Part shown: one piece after another, positions 38,923-48,568 of the stretch
Layout: every line of letters starts with the position of its first letter
Numbering within the stretch: position 1 is the stretch's first letter
NCBI GenBank assembly: GCA_963783885.1
Contig: CAWAPJ010000010.1
Coordinates: 32,001-96,000, forward strand
Reading direction: 5' to 3'
Source: Waddliaceae bacterium
GTDB lineage: Bacteria; Chlamydiota; Chlamydiia; Chlamydiales; SLFE01
Length of the DNA: 64,000 nucleotides
Notes under the pieces: model-generated
What the model was told of the DNA's origin: nothing
The model's database searches: none
The model's input: the letters and a program-made list of their open reading frames with translations, nothing else
Made by a program: the position numbers and the translations under genes

Positions 38923-40389
38923 TTACAAATAAGTCAGCTCCCTCCTGCTTTCAAGCCATTGCCTGGAATAGATAGCTGCAAGGAAGAGCAGGCAGTAGAT
39001 GAAAACAAGGAGAAAAGCGGGAAAATGATCGATTCTGACCCAGTAATCAAAGCTTGTGGGCAGGCCGTAGGTTAGGTTGAGGACAAATTCTGTATAGCTG
39101 CTGTTGAGTTGGTGGATAGGGGAAAAGCCGGTCAGAAGCCCTAGAATGAGGAGAAATATGGAGATGCTGACAAGAAAAGGAAAAAAAAGATTATAGGGAA
39201 GGCTCATCAGGGGAAATTTGTGGGTGATGAATAGAATGAGGGGGGCGGCCGATATCTGCACCGCAAGCATTAATGCCAGGCCTTGCCGCACAATTGAGCT
39301 CAGAATATACCCGTGCTGGCTTATCCGGTCCATTGCCAGAAGCTCGGAAAAGGGCCTTTTCGTAAAAAATCCTTGCAGAAGACGGTCTATCGGTTGATGA
39401 AAAACAAGGATCGAGGCCGTAACAAGAAAACTGAACTGAAATCCCAAGTGGAGGCAGTTGGTAGGGTCGTAGGCGAGGATGATAATCAAGGCCACGCCTA
39501 AAGAATTAAGCGCAGAGTTTTGTCTGGCAACTAGTGAGGAGAAAAAATAAACGGCTGCCATGATCCAGGCTCGGAAAATTGAGGGCGTTGCGCCCAGAAA
39601 CATAAAATAACTTGTCAGAAGCAAGACGATGGCGGCGGCAGCTTTTTTTTCGGAGAGGACAAATTTCAGAATTGAGCTGACAATCAAGGCGGCTAAGGCA
39701 AAATGGAATCCCGATATTGCCATGATGTGTTGAAGGCCGAATCGGCTGAATTCGCGGACCATTGACGGGTCGTCAAAGATACCCGTGGCGATACCGCTTA
39801 AGAATGCTGCGGCGTTTTGGTTTGGAATGCGCTTGGTGATCGCTTTTTTTAAACTCATTTTGGATTGATAGCGTTTTTCTGCCAGGCTCCATGTGTGCGG
39901 GACGGGATTCCATGGCACCCCCTTTATGGGAAAAAAACAGAATCGGCCGAATTGATTTTTTTTCAGGATGCCGCTCACTATGTAATCCTGGTTTGCCGGG
40001 TATTGATGGCCTGCCTTCAGAGTAAAAGGGATATTTTTCGCCGCAGGTCTATCGCCGCTAAAGAATTGTTTAATGAAGCCCGAATAAACCACACCTTCAG
40101 AAAAGCTGCTTCGATAGGGCTTGAGCGAGCTGATTGTGATGCGGGCCGTCCCCTCGGCAGATGTCTCTTCGGGAAATTGATAGGTGATTTTTGTGAAGCA
40201 GAAAGCGGCAATGATCAAAATCAAGACTGGGATTCTCCTGCTTTTCAGAGGGGCGGCGATCAGAATTGCGAAAACAGCGTGCCATGACTCTCCAAAGCCG
40301 ATTGAAAATCCAAGATAAAGGGCCAGGCCGTAAACTAATGCGGGGGCTCTTTGAAAAAATGACTCGCAGGCCGAAAACATGACGTCCAA
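38923..40389 (-). CDS. comEC: ComEC/Rec2 family competence membrane protein
   Basis: GLQHIMAISGFH, PSIFRAWIM, LGFQFSF; no C-terminal MBL domain. Confidence 0.88.
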   Translation of the reverse strand: MDVMFSACESFFQRAPALVYGLALYLGFSIGFGESWHAVFAILIAAPLKSRRIPVLILIIAAFCFTKITYQFPEETSAEGTARITISSLKPYRSSFSEGVVYSGFIKQFFSGDRPAAKNIPFTLKAGHQYPANQDYIVSGILKKNQFGRFCFFPIKGVPWNPVPHTWSLAEKRYQSKMSLKKAITKRIPNQNAAAFLSGIATGIFDDPSMVREFSRFGLQHIMAISGFHFALAALIVSSILKFVLSEKKAAAAIVLLLTSYFMFLGATPSIFRAWIMAAVYFFSSLVARQNSALNSLGVALIIILAYDPTNCLHLGFQFSFLVTASILVFHQPIDRLLQGFFTKRPFSELLAMDRISQHGYILSSIVRQGLALMLAVQISAAPLILFITHKFPLMSLPYNLFFPFLVSISIFLLILGLLTGFSPIHQLNSSYTEFVLNLTYGLPTSFDYWVRIDHFPAFLLVFIYCLLFLAAIYSRQWLESRRELTYL

Positions 40390-40404
40390 ATTAACATTTG
40401 GCGG

Positions 40405-41010
40405 CTATAATTGCACTTCAAAAAGCGAAGGATGGCTTTCTCTGAACTCTTGGACATCGCGCTTATTGAGATGTTGAAATATGCAGCTCAGCGCCATTCT
40501 TTCGATATCGTTGTTGCTCAATATTTTTGCAGAATGGCTTTCTTTTGGCAGCAGGGGGCCGTAAGGAGAGAAAGCGTCGGCCCGGAGTTTTTTCTTGACT
40601 CTAGTGGCATCGATGAGCGTCTGCATGCCCTTGCAAAAGGATTCGGCCTGGTCGATGCTTCCCACAGCGTGCCTAAGTCCCGAAGCGATGACAAGATGCT
40701 GATAGACAACCGTACTTTGGATATGATTGCCTTCAGTTAGGCTGGAGAACCGGATTTTTTTGGCTTTTCGATCAATGGAGATCAACCCTCCCATCATGAC
40801 AAACGATCCATGGGCCAATTCGATAACAGTCTTGTCATCATTCAGGAGGTTTCTGTTAAGAGCTTCATCTTTAATTTGATAAAGAATGGGTTTCATGCCT
40901 GACTGCGTTTTGTCGATCAGGACGATATCGGCGTAATAGATTTTGGATTCCGATCCCTTTAAGCCGTCCGGCAAATTGACTCCAATGATAATGGAGTGAG
41001 TAGGATCCAT
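40405..41010 (-). CDS. Hypothetical protein (weak FAD/NAD-binding-like pattern)
   Basis: 201-aa ORF with RBS; IVLID and YQHLVIASG. Confidence 0.55.
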   Translation of the reverse strand: MDPTHSIIIGVNLPDGLKGSESKIYYADIVLIDKTQSGMKPILYQIKDEALNRNLLNDDKTVIELAHGSFVMMGGLISIDRKAKKIRFSSLTEGNHIQSTVVYQHLVIASGLRHAVGSIDQAESFCKGMQTLIDATRVKKKLRADAFSPYGPLLPKESHSAKILSNNDIERMALSCIFQHLNKRDVQEFRESHPSLFEVQL

Positions 41011-41184
41011 ATTTTCCTTGTTAACAATTAATTCCTAATTTGATAGTGAAGGTAGTAAAGATATTTTTATAAGTAAAGAGGGACTTGCAAAACTTAAGGA
41101 AGACCGTTTTTTGGCTCTTTCACCGATCTTTGTCATTCGACTTTAAATCCCCTACTCTCAAGGAGTATGTGGATTTAAAGTCGA

Positions 41185-42051
41185 ATGACAAAAATCAGTT
41201 TTTCTTTAAGCTTTGCAGTCCCTCTAAAGAGAACTTTTCTTTTGTTGGAAAACCATATAAAAAAATATTTCTCCCAAGTTTCCGATGAACAGGAAGGAGG
41301 GAATTATTTCAAAGTGATTGTCCTTCATGATTCTCCGGATGTGTCGTGGGAGGATATTTCGACTTGCGTCCCGTCCCTTTCAAAGGGTTGGTATGAGCTT
41401 TCCAGACTGCAGCCATCCGACCGGGTGGAATTTACCAGAGATTATTGGATATCAAAACTTCCCTATCACCCCACCAGTCTGGAATCAATCACCAGTTTCT
41501 TTGAGCGTATTGAAGATATTGGCATCGTTGTCGCCCAAAAACATTTCAATGACAGAAACCAGGCCCACATGATTTATGCTCTGAAAGGGGAAAGTGGATT
41601 TTTTCACGGCGGCCCTGCGATGTCGGATGAAGAAAGCATGGCTCTGCAAAAGAGCTATGAAGATGTGATTCTCCCTGAAGATTATCTATCTTTTATGGAG
41701 ATTCATAACGGTTTTTCCAAAACAACCGATACGGGGATCATTAGTACTAAAATGATGCCTTTGGTTTATCAGCGTTTTATATCCCTTGTCGATAAAGACA
41801 ATCCCCCCTTGACAACAAAAGGCAAAAGCGTCAATCCTAGGTCTCTCATTCCATTCTATGAATCCTTTGGGATGCCCTTTTACCAGTGTTTCTGGAAAGA
41901 CTGGTACTCCGAGAATGAAATGGGAAATGTGTATTATTCGGGATCGGCTCATACGATAAGCGATCCTGAAAACGGAGATTTAAGCGGAGACAGCATGGCC
42001 TTTCCGACATTTCTCGATTGGTTGTTCTTTTATTTGGAGATTATTAGTTGA
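41185..42051 (+). CDS. SMI1/KNR4 (SUKH) family protein
   Basis: LQKSYEDVILPEDYLSFMEIHNG and AFPTFLDWL. Start uncertain. Confidence 0.7.
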   Translation: MTKISFSLSFAVPLKRTFLLLENHIKKYFSQVSDEQEGGNYFKVIVLHDSPDVSWEDISTCVPSLSKGWYELSRLQPSDRVEFTRDYWISKLPYHPTSLESITSFFERIEDIGIVVAQKHFNDRNQAHMIYALKGESGFFHGGPAMSDEESMALQKSYEDVILPEDYLSFMEIHNGFSKTTDTGIISTKMMPLVYQRFISLVDKDNPPLTTKGKSVNPRSLIPFYESFGMPFYQCFWKDWYSENEMGNVYYSGSAHTISDPENGDLSGDSMAFPTFLDWLFFYLEIIS

Positions 42052-42584
42052 TCGCATTTTGGATTTCGACAGCGGTTTTGCTGCTGTTCATTTTGGCTAT
42101 CGGGAGCATTGCGTATACCACTATCAGGCAGGGGATTTCTCCAATGCCTTCATCCTCTAAAGTTAAAGAGGCGATGAAAAGCGCCTTGCCTATGAAAATC
42201 GACGGGAAAATCTATGAACTTGGCTGTGGCTGGGGGGCGCTTGCCTTTCATCTGGCGAGTCTGCACCCGGAAACAGAAATTTGGGCTTTTGAGGTGTCTC
42301 CCATTCCCTGGCTTATCGCTTATATCACTCAAAGAATTTACAAATTTGGCAATATCCGGCTTTATTGGGAAGACTTTTTCCGCATTTCTCTTTCCGACGC
42401 TTCGGTCGTTGTCTGTTATCTGTATCCCGGAGCTATGGAAAGGTTGAAAAAGAAATTCGAAAAAGAACTCTCTCCCGGCACTCTGATCATCAGCAATACA
42501 TTTGCCATTCCCGGCTGGGAGCCTGTGGATGTGCTTAAAGTCAGCGACCTCTATCGCACAAAAGTTTACGTTTATAGAAAGTAA
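42048..42584 (+). CDS. Membrane-anchored class I SAM-dependent methyltransferase
   Basis: N-terminal TM, PMPSS, YELGCGWG, VCYLYP, ISNTFAIPGW. Confidence 0.85.
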   Translation: MIAFWISTAVLLLFILAIGSIAYTTIRQGISPMPSSSKVKEAMKSALPMKIDGKIYELGCGWGALAFHLASLHPETEIWAFEVSPIPWLIAYITQRIYKFGNIRLYWEDFFRISLSDASVVVCYLYPGAMERLKKKFEKELSPGTLIISNTFAIPGWEPVDVLKVSDLYRTKVYVYRK

Positions 42585-43139
42585 TTACTTCTCGACAAAA
42601 TGAAGGGCAACGCCGTTGATGCAATAGCGGTGTCCGGTGGGGGGCGGTCCGTCGTCAAAGACGTGGCCCAAGTGGCTCTCGCAGCGGTTGCAATGCACTT
42701 CAACACGCGTTGTGAAGAATTTACGGTCAAGATTGTATCCTACATGGGAGGGGTCGATCGGAGCCCAGAAGCTGGGCCAGCCTGTTCCCGAATTAAACTT
42801 GGTTTCCGAACTAAAAAGCGACAGATCGCATGCCGAGCAAGCATAAATGCCCGGTTTTTTATTGTCCAATAATTTCTTGTCGCTATAGGCCGGTTCGGTT
42901 CCGTTTTCTCTCATGACTAAATATTGTTCGGGAGACAGCCTCTTTTTCCATTCTTCATTGGTTAAAATCAATTTTTTTCCGGTATAGGGCTTGGCTCCAT
43001 ATTTTTTTTCGAGCATCTGCTTTTCCTTTTGCGAATTTTTGTCGGAAGAACTGGGATAATAAGTTTGAAAGAGAAGCCAAAGAAGGGCTGCGGCGACAAT
43101 GACAGCGGCAATAATTAAAAATTGAGTATCTTTTCTCAT
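42585..43139 (-). CDS. msrB: Peptide-methionine (R)-S-oxide reductase with N-terminal membrane anchor
   Basis: GTE, CSAC, SGTGWPSF, HLGHVFDDGP, RYCING. Confidence 0.95.
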   Translation of the reverse strand: MRKDTQFLIIAAVIVAAALLWLLFQTYYPSSSDKNSQKEKQMLEKKYGAKPYTGKKLILTNEEWKKRLSPEQYLVMRENGTEPAYSDKKLLDNKKPGIYACSACDLSLFSSETKFNSGTGWPSFWAPIDPSHVGYNLDRKFFTTRVEVHCNRCESHLGHVFDDGPPPTGHRYCINGVALHFVEK

Positions 43140-43222
43140 ATAAATTCTTTTACCTCTCCCTTGTTTCCTTTGCAAGCTTTTCTTGTTTTATAGTATAATT
43201 AATGTCTTAGAAGGAGGCTGTT

Positions 43223-43561
43223 ATGTTAGTTGTTGTCTCGATTTTAATCAGTGCTGTCGCGGTTTTCGTCACCGGCTATATTTTACCAGGAATTCAAATC
43301 GAGTCCCCTTTAACAGCGCTTGTGGCTGCCGTTGTTTTGGGCTTTATCAATGCTTTTATCCGCCCGATTCTGATTATTTTGACGCTTCCAATAACTATTT
43401 TGACCCTTGGGCTGTTTACTTTTGTCATTATGGCTTTGATGGTCATGCTGACAAGCTGGATTGTGCCCGGTTTTCATGTGGCGGGTTTCTGGTGGGCCTT
43501 GGCCTTTGCCCTGGTCTTTGCTATTTTTAACGGTTTTTTGGGTTCAGCTGTCCGAAATTAA
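43223..43561 (+). CDS. 4-TM phage holin superfamily IV / YvlD-like membrane protein
   Basis: INAFIRPILIILTLPITILTLGLF; AGGAGG RBS. Confidence 0.85.
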   Translation: MLVVVSILISAVAVFVTGYILPGIQIESPLTALVAAVVLGFINAFIRPILIILTLPITILTLGLFTFVIMALMVMLTSWIVPGFHVAGFWWALAFALVFAIFNGFLGSAVRN

Positions 43562-44905
43562 TCTTACAACGGTTTCGGCTGAGAGAAGTGCTCCTTCCAT
43601 TTTTCCGTTCCACACAGCCGATGTTTCGGTTCCAGCCCAATGGATCTTGCCGATAGGTCTTTTCAGCGCCGGACCGCATGTTGTCCAAACACCTTGGGGA
43701 AAAAACCCTCCATAGCATCCCCGGCAATAAGGGTCTTCAGCCCAGGATTTCTCGTGATAGCCGATAATGTCTTTTGCCTGGGGCCCAAAATATCGGACGA
43801 GGTCTTTGAGTATGGCTTTTGAGCGTTCGCTTGACGTCAGTGCTGAGAGGTGTAAAGCCTGCTGCCCTTCGATAAAAGCTAAAATGATTCCCGGTTTTCC
43901 TGAAGGGGGAGAATTGTCTGTGCAGATTCGAACAGTTCCGGAATCGCTCAGCACAGCTCCGGACAGACCTTCCTTTCTCCAGAATGGATTCTGGTAGACA
44001 CAATGAACTTTGGCGACCCATTCCAGAGGTGTCCGCTGCATCAGCTGATCGCGCATGGCAGGGAGGGGAGGTTCGTAATGAATACGAGCGGCAAGAGGAG
44101 GAGGCAGGGTAACAATCACATTTTTTGCCTCTACAATCACCTCTTTCCCGAAAACTTCAACGTTTTTGTCGTTGGTATGAATATCATCGATTCTCGTATT
44201 GAGAATAACGCGGCCGGTAAAATCTTCTGCCATGCAGTGAAGAAGCTGACCGGCTCCGCCGTCAATTCTGAGTTCCGGTTCTGCCGAGGGTGAAACAAAA
44301 GGGACGAGCGGATCACCCGATCGAATGCAGAATAGAGCGCCCAAAAGCGATGTGCTTCCGGGACACGGAGCGTAAACGCCCTCGATGCTTTGGATAATGT
44401 GGGAGCGGGCTTCGATCGATTCGGACTCCCTTGCCAGCCATTGATTCAGGGATTGCGCGTCCCATTCTTTAGCATAGGGACACTCCCAGGGTTTATCCAG
44501 GGGAACCGATTCAGCCATTTCGGTTAATGCTGAAGCCAGGCGCAAAGTTTCATTTTCTTCTGCCTCATTATCAAAAAGACTCTCTTTGAGAAAACGCTTG
44601 CCCGCTTTATAGAAAATTTGTTTGCCTTCTTCGAAAACAGGGAAAGTATTTAATTGATATTTCTTCAGCAGTCCCAAAATGCGGTCTTGTCCCGGACTGA
44701 TATACTGAGCGCCCGCGTCGATGAAAGGAGCAAACGTGGGATGTTCGGTTAGAATCCGTCCTCCGATTCTATCTGCTGCTTCCAATACGATGACATCTAA
44801 TCCCTTTTCCGCCAGCAATGAAGCTGCGTAAATTCCTGAGAGGCCGGCACCGACAATGGCAGCATCGCATTGATAGCGAGAGTTTGCTGATTGAGAATTG
44901 CTCAT
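43544..44905 (-). CDS. Flavin monoamine oxidase family protein
   Basis: IVGAGLSG, LEAADRIGGR, DAGAQY, IHWAGTET, GKMEGA. Confidence 0.92.
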   Translation of the reverse strand: MSNSQSANSRYQCDAAIVGAGLSGIYAASLLAEKGLDVIVLEAADRIGGRILTEHPTFAPFIDAGAQYISPGQDRILGLLKKYQLNTFPVFEEGKQIFYKAGKRFLKESLFDNEAEENETLRLASALTEMAESVPLDKPWECPYAKEWDAQSLNQWLARESESIEARSHIIQSIEGVYAPCPGSTSLLGALFCIRSGDPLVPFVSPSAEPELRIDGGAGQLLHCMAEDFTGRVILNTRIDDIHTNDKNVEVFGKEVIVEAKNVIVTLPPPLAARIHYEPPLPAMRDQLMQRTPLEWVAKVHCVYQNPFWRKEGLSGAVLSDSGTVRICTDNSPPSGKPGIILAFIEGQQALHLSALTSSERSKAILKDLVRYFGPQAKDIIGYHEKSWAEDPYCRGCYGGFFPQGVWTTCGPALKRPIGKIHWAGTETSAVWNGKMEGALLSAETVVRLISDS

Positions 44906-44961
44906 ATTTTATCAAAAGGCGCCGAAAAACCTCTTCCTTTAGGTGGAGGATGTAAGGCGCT

Positions 44962-45378
44962 CTATACAGGTGTTTGTTGTTGTTCAATATATTTCCGAAT
45001 AATATCAATGGGAGCACCTCCACAGCTACCAGCGAAATAGCTCGGAGACCAAAAGTTGCTTTTCCAAAGGAATTTGCGAATATATTCTCGATGGTCCCTT
45101 TTAATAAGTCGACTTGAAACACCTTTCAAGCTATTTACAAGTTTTGAGATACTTACTTTTGGCGGGTAGTTCACCAATAGGTGGACATGATCATTTTCAC
45201 CATCAAACTCTATGAGTTCTGATTCAAAATCATCACAAACATCAGAGAAGATTTGTTTCAGGTCCTTTAAAATTGTTTTGTTAAATACTTTCCTGCGATA
45301 CTTAGTGACAAAGACCAAATGTACATGCATGTTGAAAGTGCAGTGTCTTCCATGACGAATAGATGTTGACTTTTTCAT
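44962..45378 (-). CDS. tnpA: IS200/IS605 HUH (Y1) transposase
   Basis: HLVFVTKYRR, DHVHLL, LKGVSS, WSPSYF, YIEQQ. Confidence 0.96.
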   Translation of the reverse strand: MKKSTSIRHGRHCTFNMHVHLVFVTKYRRKVFNKTILKDLKQIFSDVCDDFESELIEFDGENDHVHLLVNYPPKVSISKLVNSLKGVSSRLIKRDHREYIRKFLWKSNFWSPSYFAGSCGGAPIDIIRKYIEQQQTPV

Positions 45379-45401
45379 AGACCAAATTGTAGCATCGGTT
45401 C

Positions 45402-46619
45402 ATGTTAATCCGCAAAGCCTATAAGTTTCGATTAAAGACAGATCATGAGATTGAAGAGAAACTGACGCAATTTGCTGGTTGCTGTCGTTTTTTGTGGAAT
45501 AAAGCTTTAGCTCTTAACCTAAGAAGACTGGAAGAAAAGCAACCTTTAATGTGGTATAGAGAGCTTGCATTTTGGCTTACTTTTTGGAAGCGAACAAAAG
45601 AGCATCAATTTTTAAAGCAGGCCCATTCTCAGCCCCTTCAACAAACCTTAAAGCAATTAGAAAGAGCTTTTAAGGATGGGTTTGATACAAAACAGCCACT
45701 TAAACGAATTCCTAAATTTAAAAAGAAATTTTCTGGGGATACCTTTAGTTACCCTCAGGGATTTAAATTCGATAACCGACGTGTATATCTCCCCAAGATA
45801 GGATGGGTTGGTTTTCACAAAAGTCAAAATATAGAAGGAACTCAAAAGAATCTGACTGTGAAAAGAGAGGCTGATGGGTGGTATATATCGGTCCAAGTAG
45901 AACTTGAGGTTCCAGATCCGAAACACTCTTCACAATCCTGTATTGGAATTGATCTTGGGGTTTCGCGGTTTGCTACTCTCTCTACAGGAGAGTACTATAA
46001 ACCTCTTCATTCATTTAGAAAGCACGAGACAAAACTGGCTAAATTACAAAGAGATCTATCCAGAAAGGTTAAATATTCAAACAATTGGAGGAAGCAGAAA
46101 AGAAAAATTGCCAAGCACTATCGTAAGATTCGAAATTGCCGAAATGACTATATCCATCAAATCACAAGAAGAATAAGCAAAAACCACGCTTCCGTCTTTT
46201 TGGAAGATTTGACGATCAAAAATATGTCAAAATCAGGAAGAGGATCCCCGGAGGTGCCAGGTAGATATGTAAAACAAAAATCTAGATTGAACAAGTCTAT
46301 CCTTGACCAAGGATGGGGAATCTTTTGCAACTTTCTCCGTTACAAACTGTCTTGGTTAGGAGGAGTACTCCGATTTGTGAATCCACGATATACCAGCCAG
46401 AAGTGCCCAAAGTGCTCGTATATTGATTCTGAAAATAGACCGGGCCAATCAAAATTTAAGTGTCTTAAGTGTGACTATGAAAGTAATGCTGACCTAGTCG
46501 GCGCACTCAATATTTTAGCGGCAGGGCTTGCCGCGATAGCCTGTCAAGCGAATCCCATAAGGGGTCGGCAGCAGGAACCTGTAGGAAACCGCGAGGGAGT
46601 ACTATCCTGTGTAGTCTAA
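45402..46619 (+). CDS. tnpB: RNA-guided endonuclease TnpB
   Basis: RuvC GIDLG, LEDL, NADLVGALNI; zinc finger CPKC...CLKC; N-terminal AYKFRL...GCCRFLWN. Confidence 0.96.
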   Translation: MLIRKAYKFRLKTDHEIEEKLTQFAGCCRFLWNKALALNLRRLEEKQPLMWYRELAFWLTFWKRTKEHQFLKQAHSQPLQQTLKQLERAFKDGFDTKQPLKRIPKFKKKFSGDTFSYPQGFKFDNRRVYLPKIGWVGFHKSQNIEGTQKNLTVKREADGWYISVQVELEVPDPKHSSQSCIGIDLGVSRFATLSTGEYYKPLHSFRKHETKLAKLQRDLSRKVKYSNNWRKQKRKIAKHYRKIRNCRNDYIHQITRRISKNHASVFLEDLTIKNMSKSGRGSPEVPGRYVKQKSRLNKSILDQGWGIFCNFLRYKLSWLGGVLRFVNPRYTSQKCPKCSYIDSENRPGQSKFKCLKCDYESNADLVGALNILAAGLAAIACQANPIRGRQQEPVGNREGVLSCVV

Positions 46620-46675
46620 TCACAGGAATCCTCTTCCTTTAGGGAGAGGAGGATGTCAACTCTTCAACTGAAATG
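46518..46675 (+). ncRNA. Predicted TnpB omega/reRNA (5' limit approximate) with flank-derived guide
   Basis: GCGGCAGGGCTTGCCGC hairpin, further stems, right-end hairpin and TCAA. The guide would start at 46660 (CTCTTCAACTGAAATG). Confidence 0.6.
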
Positions 46676-47172
46676 ACAGATATCTCATATGAGGACTTGT
46701 TTATACAAAAAACCTTACCCCATTGATACTGGAAGTCAGGGTGTAGATGCGCTGAAACCCAAGCCGAGATGGATTTAAACGCAATGAGACGATTTCTCAC
46801 CTCTGATGGAGAATCGAATGTTACTGCATATACTGGAGCCCGTTCCTCATTGACCCAGGTCCCGAAAGTGGCAAAGTGAATTAGTTCTCCATCTGCAATG
46901 TCCTTGTTTGGATCTAGTAATCGCTTATTGTTGCCAAGCCGGTCAGGTCTTGAGTTCTTTTCGATTCCCTGAACAATGGAGGCGTACATTAAAATCAAGC
47001 GAGTTAGGTTGATGTTCCTTTTTGATGATATGAATTCATTAAAAAATCCTTTAATACAGGAGTGAAACAAAAATTTTTGGACATTCCTTTTTGTATCAGT
47101 GTCGCCTTTGAGCTTGTCAAGTAGAGCCTGTTGCATGGCTTCTGCTTTGAGACAGACACTGAAAAGTAGCAT
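46639..47172 (-). pseudogene. Hypothetical gene fragment, 3' end replaced by the IS605 right end
   Basis: The ORF runs into the IS and stops inside its hairpin. The 5' end abuts a truncated SDR. Confidence 0.5.
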
Positions 47173-47175
47173 TTT

Positions 47176-47665
47176 TTCGTCATCAGTAAAGCGGCAGAAG
47201 AGATCGGAGCACTCGATATATTGATCAATAATGCCGGCGTCCTTCCGAAAGGAACATTGCTGGACGAATCTTATGAAGAGCTGCTCAATGGCTTTCAGGT
47301 CAATCTTATGGGGCCGCTCAATTGCATCCGCACTTTTGTGCCGGGCATGGTGGAAAGAGGGTATGGAAGGATTGTCAACGTCTCTTCGGGATGGGGGAGT
47401 TTTGACGAAGGGTTGCAGGGCCCCGCGGTTTATAGCATTTCAAAAGCGGCATTGAATGCTGTGACAGTGACAACTGCCCGAGCTCTTACCGGCAATGTAA
47501 AAATTAATTCCATGTGTCCCGGCTGGGTTCATACAAGAATGGGAGGGGAAAAACGCACCCCGCACTCCTGAAGAGGGGGCCGATACGATTATTTGGCTGG
47601 CGACGCTCCCTGAAAGCGGACCTACAGGCGGGTTTTTTCGCGACAGAACTGAAATTTCCTGGTAA
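47176..47665 (+). pseudogene. SDR oxidoreductase (carbonyl-reductase-like), 5'-truncated and frameshifted
   Basis: LDILINNAG, NVSS, YSISK and CPGWV present; TGxxxGIG absent. An extra A in GAAAAAC (~47550) shifts the ...NAPRTPEEGADTIIWLATLP...ISW* tail. Confidence 0.85.
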
Positions 47666-47694
47666 ATTAGCCCGCGGAAGCGGGCTAATTTTTA
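47664..47694. terminator. Probable bidirectional intrinsic terminator
   Basis: AAATTAGCCCGC-ggaa-GCGGGCTAATTTTT between convergent genes. Confidence 0.8.
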
Positions 47695-47705
47695 TTCTGA
47701 GTAGA

Positions 47706-48416
47706 TTACAATCTATAGTTCACCAGCAAACGAGCATTCCAGAGGGAGTCATTATGTCCGAAGCTGTAAAAGAGTTCAGATTCAGCTTTGAATGTCTTGT
47801 ATGTATCCTGAAAATGAAGGAAAAGAACTTCAGCTCCAACTGTCAGATTGCGGCAGAAGAACAGCTCTGTGCCAACGCCTCCGGTCCATCCCCAGCGGGT
47901 GTTGCAATGATGAAAATCATCGGGTACGTCCCGCCATCTTGTTTCGAAATTGGCAACTGCAGCTCCGGCAGTAACATAGACCAGAGCATCGCAAACCGCA
48001 AGACCCGCACGAGCGCGTATTGTGGTGTACCAGTCGATGTCGTTTTTAAGAAAATCGTTATCGGAGTTGTTGTTCGGATCGTCAAGGAGCTTCGTGCCGG
48101 TGTAGACAGCGTTCCAATCTGCGACAATGCCAACCAGCCTGTTGTTGCATTGCCAATCGTATCCCCCCTGTACTCCGCCTGCGACATCGGTGTTCAGTGT
48201 GGACCACCCCGAATTGTCTGTAAGGAAGCCATCAAGATCGTTGCGGCGGGCTACATGGCTAAAAACGCCTACATTGCCCCCGATATAAAATCCGTTAAAG
48301 CTATACTCGCAACAGCAAGGATCATAATCGCATTGAGGCGGGCAGCAATAATCCATAGCGGATGCTGTTGAAATCCAGCAAGCTGCAAGTGCCAGACCAA
48401 AAAACAATTTTTTCAT
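47706..48416 (-). CDS. Cys-rich outer membrane beta-barrel protein (Omp25/Omp31-like)
   Basis: Signal peptide; FNGFYIGGNVG, GGVQGGYDWQ, TIRARAG, GWTGGVGTE, C-terminal VNYRL; GGAGG RBS. Confidence 0.85.
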   Translation of the reverse strand: MKKLFFGLALAACWISTASAMDYCCPPQCDYDPCCCEYSFNGFYIGGNVGVFSHVARRNDLDGFLTDNSGWSTLNTDVAGGVQGGYDWQCNNRLVGIVADWNAVYTGTKLLDDPNNNSDNDFLKNDIDWYTTIRARAGLAVCDALVYVTAGAAVANFETRWRDVPDDFHHCNTRWGWTGGVGTELFFCRNLTVGAEVLFLHFQDTYKTFKAESELFYSFGHNDSLWNARLLVNYRL

Positions 48417-48568
48417 AAAAAAATACCTCCATTTATAGGTTTTTACCAAATCTATCAAATTACTTTTTTTTTGTATTTATTAAAATAGGAAAATTTTGAG
48501 GTAAAACCAAATTTATCAATTCTTAACAGTCTTTAGATAAAATATTTTATGAACCTTAAAGAGACAAT

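Larger units (their letters stand above)
44913..46659 (+). mobile_element. Complete IS200/IS605-family element (divergent tnpA/tnpB), 1747 bp
   Basis: Left end follows TTTAT. Subterminal hairpins CCTCTTCCTTTAGG(TG/GA)GAGG at 44930 and 46630. Right end GAAT...TCAA. Confidence 0.9.

Noticed and set aside
43223-43561. Prophage signalled by the holin-family gene
   Set aside because: This family is commonly chromosomal and no phage genes are nearby.
47514-48371. 285-aa + strand ORF
   Set aside because: Antisense to the outer membrane protein gene and crosses a terminator.
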